From: Paraspadella gotoi
Lineage: Eukaryota; Animalia; Chaetognatha
Direction of reading: 5' to 3'
NCBI GenBank assembly: GCA_051294375.1
Contig: CM119269.1
Span: forward strand, 11,514,883-11,578,882
Length of the DNA stretch: 64,000 nucleotides
Made by a program: the position numbers and the translations under genes. This document shows positions 35,970-49,400 of this stretch, in pieces (position 1 is the stretch's first letter; each line of letters starts with the position of its first letter). The notes beneath the pieces were generated by a model. It did not search any database. It had not been told where the DNA came from and worked only from the letters and a program-made list of their open reading frames with translations.

Positions 35970-38900
35970 ATGGCTACATCAGTTGGATTGCCTTGGGGTG
36001 ATAGGTCATCTCATTTTAAAGTCTCTTCGCGCCCAGCAACTACGTCACTATCGTTTTGTTCATATTATTCCGATGATTTGCAAAACTCGCCCCACGAACT
36101 TAAACCTAGGTTGTCAATTTCTGCCCATAATCCTAAACGAGTCAGTTTGTCCTTACCTTCATCTCCCCCGAGGGACGAACGATGCAAAGATGAAAAAGTC
36201 ACTTCTATAAAGTTTCATAATGGAAAATGTTTCGATTGCAACCACGTGGATAAGAACAAAAGCAAATGTTTACCGGAATGGTTCACTGCCCCTTCTGAAA
36301 ACCTTCTCGATTCAAAATCCACTACAAATTGCCCCTTTGATCCACAGAAGAGGAATCTTCGTCAGCCCGAGGGCGATGATGATGATTGTTATGTTTCAGA
36401 CGATTCCAGACAATGCTCTGAAGATTCTGTAAACATCGATCCTAGTTCATGTGAGATCTCCAAGTTGAATCCTCTTGGACAGGGACATTCTCGCTTCTTG
36501 GGACTTTTTAATTCTAGCGATAGTAACAATTCGACGAGTGACGTACCCGCTTTGAAAAATGAGATTAGGGATAATTTTACGAGTTCGTTCAGTGACGATG
36601 ACAGTGGTAACAGTGAGGATGAATATGACCGCAAGCAAGATCCAAACAGCCATTTTGAATCTGAATTGGATAATGGCTTTGAAGCTGTAAGACAGGGTTT
36701 AGCAAGATTAATAAGTATTTCGAGTGATGCAGATAAAGAATGTTCAAAAGAAAATAGAAAATTAAGATGTTTAGATTTTAAAAATAACAAATCTTCTGAT
36801 ATGCAATTAAAGTCGGGCAGTAGTGGTTCACGTCTCCTTAAATTATTCAACCCGGTACAAAAAGACTCAATTGAATCAAATCTATGGTCAAATTCGCCTT
36901 TATTGAATAATTCTATGTGGAGTTCAGAATCTTCTCTGTATGCTACTGCCACGTATGGGTCAAATCCAGTTTCTCAAGTAGGCAGTCCAAATATCGGTTC
37001 GCCCATTAGAAAAAGTTTGACACCTATTGCTATGAAAGTTCCCAATGTGACTAGCATTTCACCAACTGCTCCTTTGCATGTTCCAGCAACTACTTTCTCA
37101 GGATTCCCAGATTCTGATACATTGTCAAAGACTGCATTTAATGGATACACTGCTTGCGATCTGTCCCATGAGGAAGCAGAAATAGAAGCTGCTCTGGAAA
37201 GAGGTGAAGGCTTTTTCACTAATGATACTACTAGTAATAGCCCCAATAACGTTGCCACCGAATCGTCTGAAAAAGAAAAAGCAACCTTTGTTGACAACAC
37301 AATTTGGTCTCCCATGCTTGAGCATTTTTCTTGTATATCAGAAGAACTCATAGATTTACACTCAGTCACTCCTGAAACTCTAGAAAAATTAGCTCATGAG
37401 GCTGCTCACGATATAATTAATTGGTTAGATTCATGGATTGAAACGTGTTCGTTTCCAAACTGTTTACAACAAGAGAAATGTAGTGAGCCTGTGCAAAATT
37501 CTCCCTATGGTGAGAAGGATGAGCAATCTAAAAAATTCGAGACATTTCTTCAATCAAATCTTAGTTCGGAAAACTCATTTTACAAGGTTAATAATCCTGA
37601 TGGAATAAACGTTGGACCATTCCTTAATCATTTCAATGAAAAAACTTTACCTGAGACTACAGATTTTGTTATGACTAACAGAGAAGAGGAAAATTGTTAT
37701 AAAAATTCATCTGGTCTTCAACCTTGTTCCGGCCAATCTGGACTCCAATTCTTATTCAACAGTAGAGCTAGCAATATTTATAATTCCCATTATTTATTAT
37801 TCCCAGACTTGGTGCAATTATCCTCTTCATTTGAAACCAACAAAAGCCCCTCTTTTGGAGGACACTATAATTCAGATTTCTTGACCCAAATATTTTCAAC
37901 ATCATTTGGTTGGATGAATTCCTTAGACAATGTGAATGAAACTGACCAGCATTTACAAGCATTGTCTCCAAAAACACCATTCACGCCAACAGCAAATTTG
38001 TCAGGGAGTATGACTGTAATGGACAGAAAACAATCAATTAGCTTAGAGCACTTATGCAATGTAACAGCTACTGCAACAACCCTTCAAGGTCACCGAATTG
38101 ATCATACACCTTTTGTATCAACCGATTTTTTAGTACAGTATATGCAATCTCATTTTGATTATTTTGAGAATATATCACTAGAGAGTGAATTCATCAATGA
38201 GAATTTTTTGAATAATAGTAAAAGTAATTCAGTATCATTTAAAGATGGTTACATGAGACTGTATCGTCCGGTTCCAGTATTTCCATTACAGTTCATCAAT
38301 AAACTGTCTCTGACAAGTGGATCAGATAATTTAGAAGAAAGTCGACCAACGGAGGATCTTTATTTATCTCCAAAAACTCATTTTCGACCTATTACTCCCA
38401 GCAATAGTAATTTTCATGAAGAAGGTAATGAAAGTGAGGGAAAAACAGCCTTTAAATGTCAGTTGCTGGAAGATAATCAATCTGAAGACATTGATGATGA
38501 ATTGGTTGCAATCCATGAAGGAGCAGATCATTCAAAATTGGCGGAGATTTATGCACAAATGCAACTTCAACAACAGATTGCCGCAGAAAAAAAGCATAAC
38601 GTATCTCAGTTGGTAGTAGTAAATGATTGTTATACTGCAGATAATGAAAACGATGACATGGAATTAGCATACGAAGAGAAGCAACCAACAAAGTATGATG
38701 TTCAAGATTATGCTTTGGAATGTGCTGCTGAGGCTGCGGCTACAGCAGCAGTTAATGCTCTCGGGAGTACTGAACCCGAGGAAGCTCTCGCTATGTTAGA
38801 GGAATGGGAATGGAAAGAGTGCCTAGATATGTCTGAAAAATTTACGGAATTAGGTTATTTTGAAACCTACACCACAAAAAACCCAATAGAATGTCCTACT

Positions 38901-39499
38901 GAGGAAAATCAACCATTCAGCTTTACCTGTAGTTCATGGAGTGTAAATGATGATTCTTCAATTTTAAGAACCGTCAATGAGATGGAAGATATCAAAAGTA
39001 TATGGGTAAAGTCACAGTCAGTAGCTTCAAGAACCTTCAATAGCCATAACGATTTTGAAAAAGTTTCAACAAACGCATCTGGTAATCATGCAAATAATGA
39101 CAACAAAAATTTAAAAAAGTTGCCTCTAAATTTTGAGAGTTCCAATTTAATTCCAAGTGAAATAGAGGTATATTCAAAAATGAAAGGTTCTGAAGAAAGG
39201 ATACCTGAAATGAAAGTAGAAAAATCTTGCTATGTCAATTCATCAGAATTGAAAGAAGAAGCTATCAAACAGGGATTTGTGCCTTTCCAGGTTAGTAACA
39301 AATATTCTCAAGTATTGTTAAAAATAATTCGATTGCGCACATCTACAGATTTTTTTCTTTTTAGGTTGAAGATGGGGACGAGCATTTGCTCACCTCTCAT
39401 CTTATTCCAATGAATGTTGGAATTTGGTCAAAAGGAAACCAAAACAACTACAATGAAATTGAGTTGGGCAAATTAAATTGGTTTGCTGATCCTGGATAA
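35970..39499 (+). CDS. Uncharacterised ~1151-aa Ser/Asp/Glu-rich, probably largely disordered protein (tentative KIAA0232-like motif)
   Basis: Uninterrupted 1147-codon ORF. Donor CAG|GTTAGT at 39290 and acceptor TTTAG| at 39364 give an in-frame last exon 39365-39499 (VEDGDEHLL...WFADPG*). An upstream exon 35686-35842 ends AG|GTAAGT. The motif 'EDLYLSPKTHFRPIT' recalls KIAA0232-family proteins (from memory, unverified). Confidence 0.8.
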
Positions 39500-41996
39500 A
39501 AATATTACTGGTTTTGTCTAGCTTTTATTATAAGTGTAAAACAAGTATCAGCTTTCTGAAATAATTAATTGCAAATAAGATCCAGGTAAAGCTTTAGTTA
39601 TTACACGAAGTATTAGTTGTTTGGGTATTTTTTACTATAATGATCATCTATCTGGTGTTGATAATTTTCTTTTGAGCTGACAGTACTACTATCACAGTCA
39701 TTATGTTTGTATAAATGTTTCAACAATCATAAATTCTATCTTACTAGTTACATAAGAAATGTAGTATCTCCAATTGATTTCAAAGACGTGTAAGAATTTT
39801 TTCTAAATTTGATAATTATCATTGTTTGAATATTTTGTTGAAATTATTATAAAATAGTTTTTTCTGTAGATTTAGTCAATCATTGTTGAAAAATTTACAG
39901 ATATATGCCCAAGTATTTATTTTAACATAATTTGTTCAGTAGGAGGTGATTTTTCATTTTATTTGTTTGCTTATACTTAATTATTAAATAATATATTTTT
40001 TTTTGTAAAAATGGAAATGGAGTAGGTCGAATTAAATTTTAAATGCAAAATAACTTTTTTCATTATTCTTTGCAATAACAGATAAATCTTCTGATATGGA
40101 TTTTAAAAGTTGCTGTTTCATTTTCTGTAAACCCTAACCATATTAGTTAAAAATTGTCAGTATACTTTTTTAAAGTTTTTTTAAAAGTTTATGATAAAAA
40201 ACGTTTCAAAAACTAATATGTTTTATAGTTAATAACTTGAATTATTTTTCTGCAGTTACTTAAGCTGGTACCATAGCTAAATGCTGAACATATTTTTCAT
40301 AAAGTCTGTAAACATGGATGCCTACAATTCTGCTGAAGTATTTTATAAAGTACATAGATTGGGAGATAACGTAAATATGTTGATTTAATTTAATGATAAA
40401 GTTTTGTATAGAATTATGATTCTTATAAGATGTTAAAATATTAACATTTTAGCAAAAACTTAAAATGCAATGTTAAGTAACAACTTGAGTTTTTGAAATA
40501 ATGTTTAAAAAAAAATCGTTGATCACCTGTTACAAAATCATTTCCTTCATTGTGAATGTATAATTGACAAGCTTCTTATGTTTTTGAAGATTAAAATTTA
40601 GATTAAATTTAAATTCTCTAGCCTCTTTTTAAAGATTTGTTACTGTTATTTTTGACAAATAAATTTTTTTTGCTGAATTAATTGAGTTTTTAAATATTTA
40701 AAACCTGAGAAAGTTTGATTTTTAAATAATAAAAAAACCGACTTGGGTAACTTTAACTTCTATGTATTATTATTTCCTGCTTTGTTTTTGGCCCACTTGA
40801 ACCAACTTGTAAAAATATAATACATGTTTCAATTAGCTAGCACGGCGGCATAACTTGCTTGAGGACTATAAGTGAACAGATGAAATCAGCAAAAACATGT
40901 TTTACGGTGTGATTGTATAGCCTTGTTGATTTTTGCTTATTTTCTTATTTTCTTCATTGACGCTTGAGGGCCTGATGTCCTTTCCACTGTTCAATGAAGA
41001 ACCCACGAAAATAGTGGGAAACAAAGGAACAGGAAGAATACAAGAATTCTACAGAGACCTGGCTTCTGGTCTTTTACTACTTAGTAAGAATACGTTTAGG
41101 ATTTTGTTTATTTTTTAAACTTTTCAGTTTCCATCGTACAGAATGTTAATTATAACTGAGTTGAACAACGGTAATTTGTTAATTTTCTTTCCTAACAATA
41201 CGCCATAATGAATGTGTAAAAAAATATTTTTTTGACTGAAAACATATTTATTGCATTTTCTTTCAAAATTAACACTTCAATTATATCTGTTATGTGACTA
41301 GTAGTGGTAATTTTTTGGGATGCCAGGTTCAAAATATAGTATAGTATGCTTCCATATTTATGGTAATTTGAACACAGACATGACATATTAATATGGAATC
41401 AAAACAACTTTAAAAGAGATTTCAAATGGGAAGGGTTTTTTATTGTTTCTAATTAATTAACTTATTGGTGCATATTGATGAGGGGAAAGAAGTCTTTTTT
41501 TCAAGGTCATCTCATTAATAACGATTATCATCAGAGAGTTGAAAATTAGGTATTATGGTGGATTAAAATCCACAAACCGCTCATCAGCGGCCATTGGTGC
41601 CCGAGGCAAGTCGTTCGCCTCCCAACTTAAAGGTCTGGGGTTCTAACCCGGTGGTCGCTTAACCCGCCTGTAACATGGTGTTACAGCCTGATCCGAAGCT
41701 CAGGGACTGCTTATATTGAACGGTTCTGTCGCTAACACACAACAATCATTACTGTCTCTTCAGCATGATCGTATTCACTGGATATGCATTCTTAAAACGA
41801 AACATCTGTCAGAAAGCGTCATTGGGATAAGTATAGGGTTTAATGGTATTCGATTAGATTTGTTTTTAAGGCCAAGAAAACGTAAACTGAAAAATTGTCA
41901 TCGTGAGGAGAAAGTGGAAGGAAGAAACGAGAAAAAAGTAAAATTAAAAAACTACAAGAAATATCATTTTTACATTTAAACGTAAACTATTTTTTT

Positions 41997-43338
41997 TCAT
42001 TGAACCTCGATGCTGTTTTGTTTTCGAATTACGTCGTCATCGTCGCCGACTTTGACGATTCGGCGTCGAGCTTCGGCGTTGTCGGTTCCATCTTCGGTGG
42101 TGCCCGTCGTGAGCGGCGCCTCTTCGTCGCGCGACGAACCCTTTTCTCCGGCGCAGCAGTCTTGGCACTGAATTAGCGCCAAACCAGAGACGGCGCCGTC
42201 GCCGGTTCCATCCTCTTGCGGCGCCAGAGGTTTATTGGCGTCGGTCGCTGTCTCATCGACGGCCTCATCATCCCGGAGCTCTTTTTCGGACGACGTCGTC
42301 TTCAGGCCGAGAATCTGTTCCTTCGTCATTGGAACCGGAATCGGCAGCGGCAGGGGAACCGGGATCAGCAGGGGAAACGGCAGTAGCAGCGTGGATTGAG
42401 GGACGGCGTGACGGAGCAGCGGCAAAAGCGGGAAGGAGGAGTTGGAGCGAGGAAAAGAGAGTCGTTGGGATTTGGAGGCGGCGTCGGTGGCGACGGCAGC
42501 GGCGTCGCACAACGGCGCCATTTTGGTATCGAGATCGTCTGGCGGCGAAGGATGAGGAGAATCGGGAAGATGAAAAAATGGAGAAGCAAACGAATCAACG
42601 GAAGACGAAGCCACACCCGCTGGAGACGAGACGGTGCCGCGCGACGCTGGACGGAAAGCGCCGTCCGTCGTGGGCGTTGAGGCGACGACGCCCGGGGTCG
42701 AAAGCGGAACGTCCGGCGTCATTGATGAAAGGAGCGGCGTTAAAGATGGCCGACAAGGAGGTGGAGATGAGGGAAGAGGATTGGCCACTCCCATAAAATT
42801 GGCGGGAAGGAGAGAAGGCGAGAGGAAGGTGGTAGATGGGTGAGCATCTGAGGGTAAGGATACAATAATACAATAATCATAATTAATAGAAATTAAAAAG
42901 TAAGTACAAAGACTTATAATTTTAATAAAATTTAATAAGTAAGAGCGAGAGAAGGAGAGAAACGGAACAATCTTTTCATCCCATTTCAAAAACGATCTCA
43001 CAAACCTTTAGGCGACAACACAACCGCATCCAATCCTTTGCTCTGCAATCTTTTGCTTCCGTTTTCGCCCGAGCAAATTCTTCTCTTGACGCCGACAACC
43101 GAAGGCGTATTCCGAACGCCGCCAGTCTCGCCGCTCTTTCCGATTCTGCTCGCCCGTCGGGTTTGTGGGGCGGTCTTCTCTCTCTCCCGCTGCTTCCGCT
43201 CCGCCGCCTGCAGGGCCCGGACGGCGCGCAGCGGAAGACCGCCGCTTCGCTCCGCGACGGGATCGTGGAATCCGCGTAGCACCAGGGCTTCGCGGGAAAC
43301 CTGAAGATTTTTCAAAAATGTTTGGAAAAAAAATTAGC

Positions 43339-43405
<67 letters not shown>

Positions 43406-46400
43406 CTCTCCTCTCTCTTTCTCTCTTTCTCTCTTTCTCTCTCTCTCTCTCACTAAATCGATCAATCCACAATTAAATGAATTGATCAAGCCATCAAGAG
43501 ATCTATTAATCAATCAATCAATCAATTAATCAACCACCTCACCCTCGAATCTCCTTCGTTCCTACTCGTCGCCTCCGGAGATTTGGCGCTCAAATCGAAT
43601 GGCGTCGTCCGAACATCGAAGGCGCCGTTAATGTCACCGGTCGGGATGGCGGATTCGGGCCTCGTCGGCGTCTTGACGCCGAGTTCTTCGGAGTCATCAA
43701 CCGGACGGAGTTTCAACTCCAAGTTCAACGGTTGCTGATTGGAGAGACGAAATGAAAAGGGAAATTGACATGAGTGACAAAGGGCATGTCTAGTGGCAAA
43801 TGGCATGACTAATGCCAATTGTTTAGACAAATAGGAAAATGTCATAAATGGCAAATTACATGACCAGTGGAAATTGTTCGGACAAATAGAAAAATGTCAT
43901 AAGTAGAAAATGACATATCTAATGGCAATTGACATGACAAATGGCAATGACATGACAAGATCCACTTGACACGACAAGTGGCAATTGCAATCTCAAAGAG
44001 AAACAATAATACTATTGTAGCAAATAATATATAAAATTGTCCACTAACCTCCGCTTCTGCATCATCGACGACGTCAACCGCCATCGACTTCGACGCCGCC
44101 TCAGGAGAAAAAGATGCCCAACCGGCGTCGACCAGCGGAGCCGTAGCCGAAGCCGCTGCTCTGTCGGGCGGCGTAAGATGTGGCGTGGAGAGAGTGGCGG
44201 CGAGAGGAGGCGTGGCCAGATTCGACGCACCGATTCGAACGCCGCTGCTGGAGCATCCGGCGACGGCGGCGGCGGCTGCGGCAAAGTTGGCTTCTTGCTG
44301 CAGCGTCATGTGAGCCTGGAAGAAAAAAAAGTTGCGGAAGAAATTGTTGTATATTAATGCTTGACCCGGATTTTAAATTTTTTGAACCCAGTACCATAAA
44401 ATAAATATAAAATAAGTAAATAAAGAAATAAATAAAATATCTAGTCGGGCATTGCATAAGTTCACCCCGCCTATAACTGTACGACTAAGCTCTGACGAAA
44501 AAATCCAAAGGTTTTTATCGAGCCTACCGGCGAAGCCGGTTCAGGCTCAATATTGATTCGGGTCAGCTTCTTTGTGACGTCGTCGTCGTAGTCGTCGTCG
44601 TCAGCGTCACGCTGTTTTTATATAAAAACTACTACGCTTTTATAGGTTTGGCTGGGACTAACCGTTTTTTTTTAAATAAAAATTATTATGAATTATGATA
44701 AAGTTTTACAAAAGTGTGCGATCATAGTAAGTTAAAAATTTAGATATGGCTTCTCATCTTGAAATAGCTTTGATATTTTCTTATTACATTTGGATTTAAG
44801 TATTTTTATCGAGCCATGACCGGCGAAGCCGGTTCAGGCTTGATATTGATTCGGGTCAGCTTCTTTGTGACGTCATCGTCGTCGTCGGCGTCACGCTTTT
44901 TTGCATAAAAACTACTACGCTTTTATAGTTTTGGCTGGACTTACCGTTTTTTTCAAATAAAAATTATTATTAATTACGATGAAGTTTTATAAAAGTGTGC
45001 GATCATAGTAAGTTAAAAATTTAGATATGGCTTCTCATCTTGAAATAGCTCTGATATTTTCTTATTACATTTGGATTTAAGTATTTTTTGTTTGAATTTC
45101 CACTTCATTTTGATTTACTGCAATATGCAAATGAGATTATAGTACTCATTATAGTATCCAAATTAGTATATAGAAATGCTTTAATCTAATTTACATATTG
45201 CAGTATATAATATTGAAGATGAAATTCAAAAAATTTTTTTTCAATCTATAATAAAAATGGGAACTCAAAGGAACTTTTTAATAAGAAGCTATATCTTAAT
45301 TTTAATACAAATAAAAATAAAATCGTTAACAACCTATGATTAAAAAAATTGTAAAAATTTCCAATTGTAAACATTTTTTGCCTTTCTTTTATTTATTTTT
45401 TAATTATATATATATTTTTTTTTTAAGCGCTGCCTTTTCTGAATTGTTTAAAAACGATTTCAGGCTCTCTCTCCGTCTTTCTCAGTCTCTCTCTGTGTGC
45501 GTCTGTCTCTCTCTGTACGATCTCTTGCGTGATCGTTTGTTTTTTGAAAAATTCTTATTATTTCTTTCCTTCTAAAAACTTTTATTATCGCCATTTATTT
45601 TTTTTCTCAATACAAAATCCAAAATTTACATCCAAAATTTTCGTGAATTCATTTTAGAAAAAGGGAAGAATAACTTATAATGCAGGCAATGTCACATGTA
45701 CATCAACTTGTGTGATCTATTATATATGCAGCACTTTCGCCGAATAATATAATTGCATGCATCACATTTTTTTCAAAAAAAAATTTGTTTTTATTTATTA
45801 TTGTAACTTTGGACCGGTTGGTCCACTATTAGCAAATTATATCTAAAATAGGAGTTGATAAGAGAGATATAGTCAAATTAAACATTATTTTTTTTGTTAT
45901 TCTGATAATTTGTACTATTATTAATTTATAAATATTTTTAGTGTATATATTTAATCATTTTTATCTTTTTTTTAAATAATAATTATTTGAGTTGTGATAA
46001 CTATTTATAAATTAATTAAATATGCAAATATAAAATTTGACCTTGGTCTGGTTTCTTCCTAAAAAAAGAACAATCAAAAATTTCATTCAAGATTAAATTT
46101 TTTTAAAATGAGGAAATAAAATTTTTTTTGATAAGTAAAAAAAATATTTGGAAGTCAAAAATATCATAGTCGTTAACTGAGTATTTTCAACTATATATTT
46201 TGTTAATAGGGATAGGGAATCAAAAATTTAGTATGGGAACATGCTCAAACGAAAATTTATGCATTTTTAAGTTTACTTTCAATGTACAAAAAATTTCTTA
46301 TATGGCTCTATACCCAAATATTTATTTTGTAATATTTTTTTATAGAAAGGAAAAGAGTTTGTCCCTACTGATATTCATCGAAAAATGAGTTCAGCTCTGC

Positions 46401-49400
46401 AGCGGGGGTCCAGCGGCGGTCCAGCGGCTGTCCAGCTTCTCTCTATCTTTTTCTCTCTCTCTCTCTTTCTCTTTCTCTCTCTCTCTCTCTCTTTTTTTGC
46501 TTCTAAAAACTTTTATTATCGCCATTTATTCCGAGCTTTTTTCTCAATACAAAATCCCAAATTTACATCCGAGATTTTTGTGGATTTTTTTCCTAAAAAT
46601 TCTGATTATTCTTTATATAAACGAGAGAGACCTAATAATGCGTTTCATTGGCGGGAAAACTGTCCAGACTCTCTCTCTCTCTCATACACGCATTTGTTTG
46701 TTTTATTTACGATGAATGATTCATCGCGTCAATGAATGATTATCATCATATCAATGTATGACTATCATCGCATCAATCATTTGATTATCATCACATCAGT
46801 CATTTTGTTATCATCACATCAATTATTGGTTATCATCGCGTCAATATTTGGTTATCATCGCATAAATATTTGGTTATCATCGCATCAATATTTGGTTATC
46901 ATCGCATCGATATTTGGTTACCATCGAAAGCTGTCTCGATTATTATGCTTTTAAGATTTTTTTTGTTTGAATTTCCACTTCATTATGATTTACTGCAATA
47001 TGCAAATGAGATTATAGTACTCATTATAGTATCCAAATTAGTATATAGAAATGCTTTAATCTAATTTACATATTGCAGTATATAATATTGAAGATGAAAT
47101 TCAAAAAAAAATTTTTAAATCTATAATAAAAATGGGAACTTTTCAATGAGAAGCTATATCTTAATTTTAATACAAATAAAAATAAAATCGTTAACAACCT
47201 ATGATTGGAAAAAATTGGAAAAATTTCCAATTGTAAACCATTGTAACATTTTTTGCCTTTTATTTTTATTATATTTTATTTATTTTTTAATTATATAAAT
47301 TTTAGGATTTTAGGATTAGGTATGTTGATTCGGCAGTTGAAAGACTTTGGAAAATATTTGTTATTCATTTGAGAAAGGATTTAGAACAAGATTATTGGGT
47401 GGCCAAATTAAATGGCAGATTGGGAAATTTTTAAAAAAAGAATCTTATTGGGTAATGTACAGTAGTGTGGAGTGAAGAAAAGATTGAGCGATGGAACAAT
47501 GTTTTTTTGCTGCCTTTGTATATGTAATTAAAAATAATTACGCCCCTTTTCAAAAAAAAATTGCATAACAGTATCATTAATTGAATTTTTTTTATAGTAA
47601 TATCCTTATAAAATCATAAAATTTCAAAATTATATTTTTTTAATTTTAAGAACAGTTTTGGATTTGCCGAAAAAAACTGAAAAACTTTTGTAAAATATGT
47701 TACATGATATTTTTAGGTTAAAGCTGTAAAAAATGACCAAAACGTTTCATCATATAATAGTTTCTACTACAAAGTGTAAAAAAGTAGAGAATTTGACCTT
47801 TTTTTCAATTTTTGATGCTGAAGACATTGAAATTTTTAATAACATATTTTATATTTTTGATCTAATTTTTTATAAATAATCCGAATCTTTAATAAATATT
47901 TAAAAAAAATTATTTTGAAAATTTATGATTTTATAAGAATATTACTATAAATATATTGTAATTAATGATACTGTTCCCAAAAAAATATAAGCAAAATATT
48001 TTTTGTACTCCTTAATCATACTATCTCATGTCTAAATATCCTTGTTTGATCACTCAAATAAAATTTATGTTCCCCAGCGCTCCACTCTAATGTACAGGGT
48101 ACATTAAATGAGGATGGGATTATAGAGTGGGGAAACTTAAACGGGTTAAAATTGGTTATTGGAACTTATTTAACCAATGAGGGCATTTCGTATTGGGTAT
48201 TGAGGGTTCACATATTTATATTTTTATTAACATGTCTTTGTTTATTAGCATTTTTGTTTTTATTATTATTATCATAATTTATATTAGAGTCCCTTTGTTT
48301 TTTATTGTAATTGTTTTTATTAGCGTCTCTTAGTTTTTATATACTCTTACATATACTTACGAGATATAGGTTTTTGAGTATTCGTTAGCATCTTATTTAG
48401 TTTTTAGCTTGAAAAAAAATTTAAAAAATTACACTTACATTATATAGTTTTTGTGTATCTGTACTCTTACACTTACGTGATATAGTGTTTTGTATTTCTG
48501 TTAGCGTCTCATGTCGTTAATTTTTTAAATAAAAAAAAAAAATTTAAGGCGCTGCCTTTTCTGAATCGTTTAAAAACGAGTTCAGGCTCTGCAGTGACTG
48601 TTCAGCTGCCTTCCAGAGACTGTCCAGCTTTCTTTCTCTCTCTCTGTTTCTGTCTGTCTTTCTCTTTCTGTCTCTCTCTCTCTTTTTCTCACTCTCTCTG
48701 TACGATCTCTTGCGTGATCGTTTTTTGAAAAATTTTGATTATTTTTTTTACTTCTATAAACTTTTATCGCCATTTATTCCGCGCTTTTTTCTCAATGCAA
48801 AATCTCAAATTTACATCCGAGATTTTCGTGGATTTATTCTCTTTCTTTCTCTCTCTCTTTCTTTCTTTCTTTTTCTCTCTCTCTCTCTCATACACGCATT
48901 TGTTTGATTTATTTATGATGAAATGTTCATTGCGTACTTGTAACAAATTCTAATTGTAAACAATTGTAACATTTTTCCCTTTCTTTTATTTCTTTTTAAA
49001 TTATATATATATATTTTTTTCCTATATTTGTCAGTTGCTGCCTCTTCTGAACCCTTTAAAAACGAGTTCAGGCTCTGCAGTGATTGTACAACTGCCTTCA
49101 GCGGCCTGTCCAGCTTTCTCTCTTTCTCTCTCTCTCTGTCTATCAATTTCTTTCTCTTTCTGTCTGTCTCTCTCTCTCTGTCTCTGTCTCTCTCCCTCTC
49201 TCTGTACGATCTCTTGCGTGATCGTTTTTTGAAAAATTTTGATTATTTTTTTCCTTTTAAAAACTTTTATTATCGCCATTTATTCTGCGCTTTTTTCTCA
49301 ATGCAAAATCCCAAATTTACATCCGAGATTTTCGTGAATTTATTCTCTTTCTTTCTTTCTCTCTCTTTCTCTCTTTCTTTCACTCATACACTCATTTGTT

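Noticed and set aside
42268-44457. Many overlapping Arg/Ala/Pro-rich ORFs on both strands
   Set aside because: Alternative frames of GC-rich SOBP exons; only one frame is splice-phase consistent.
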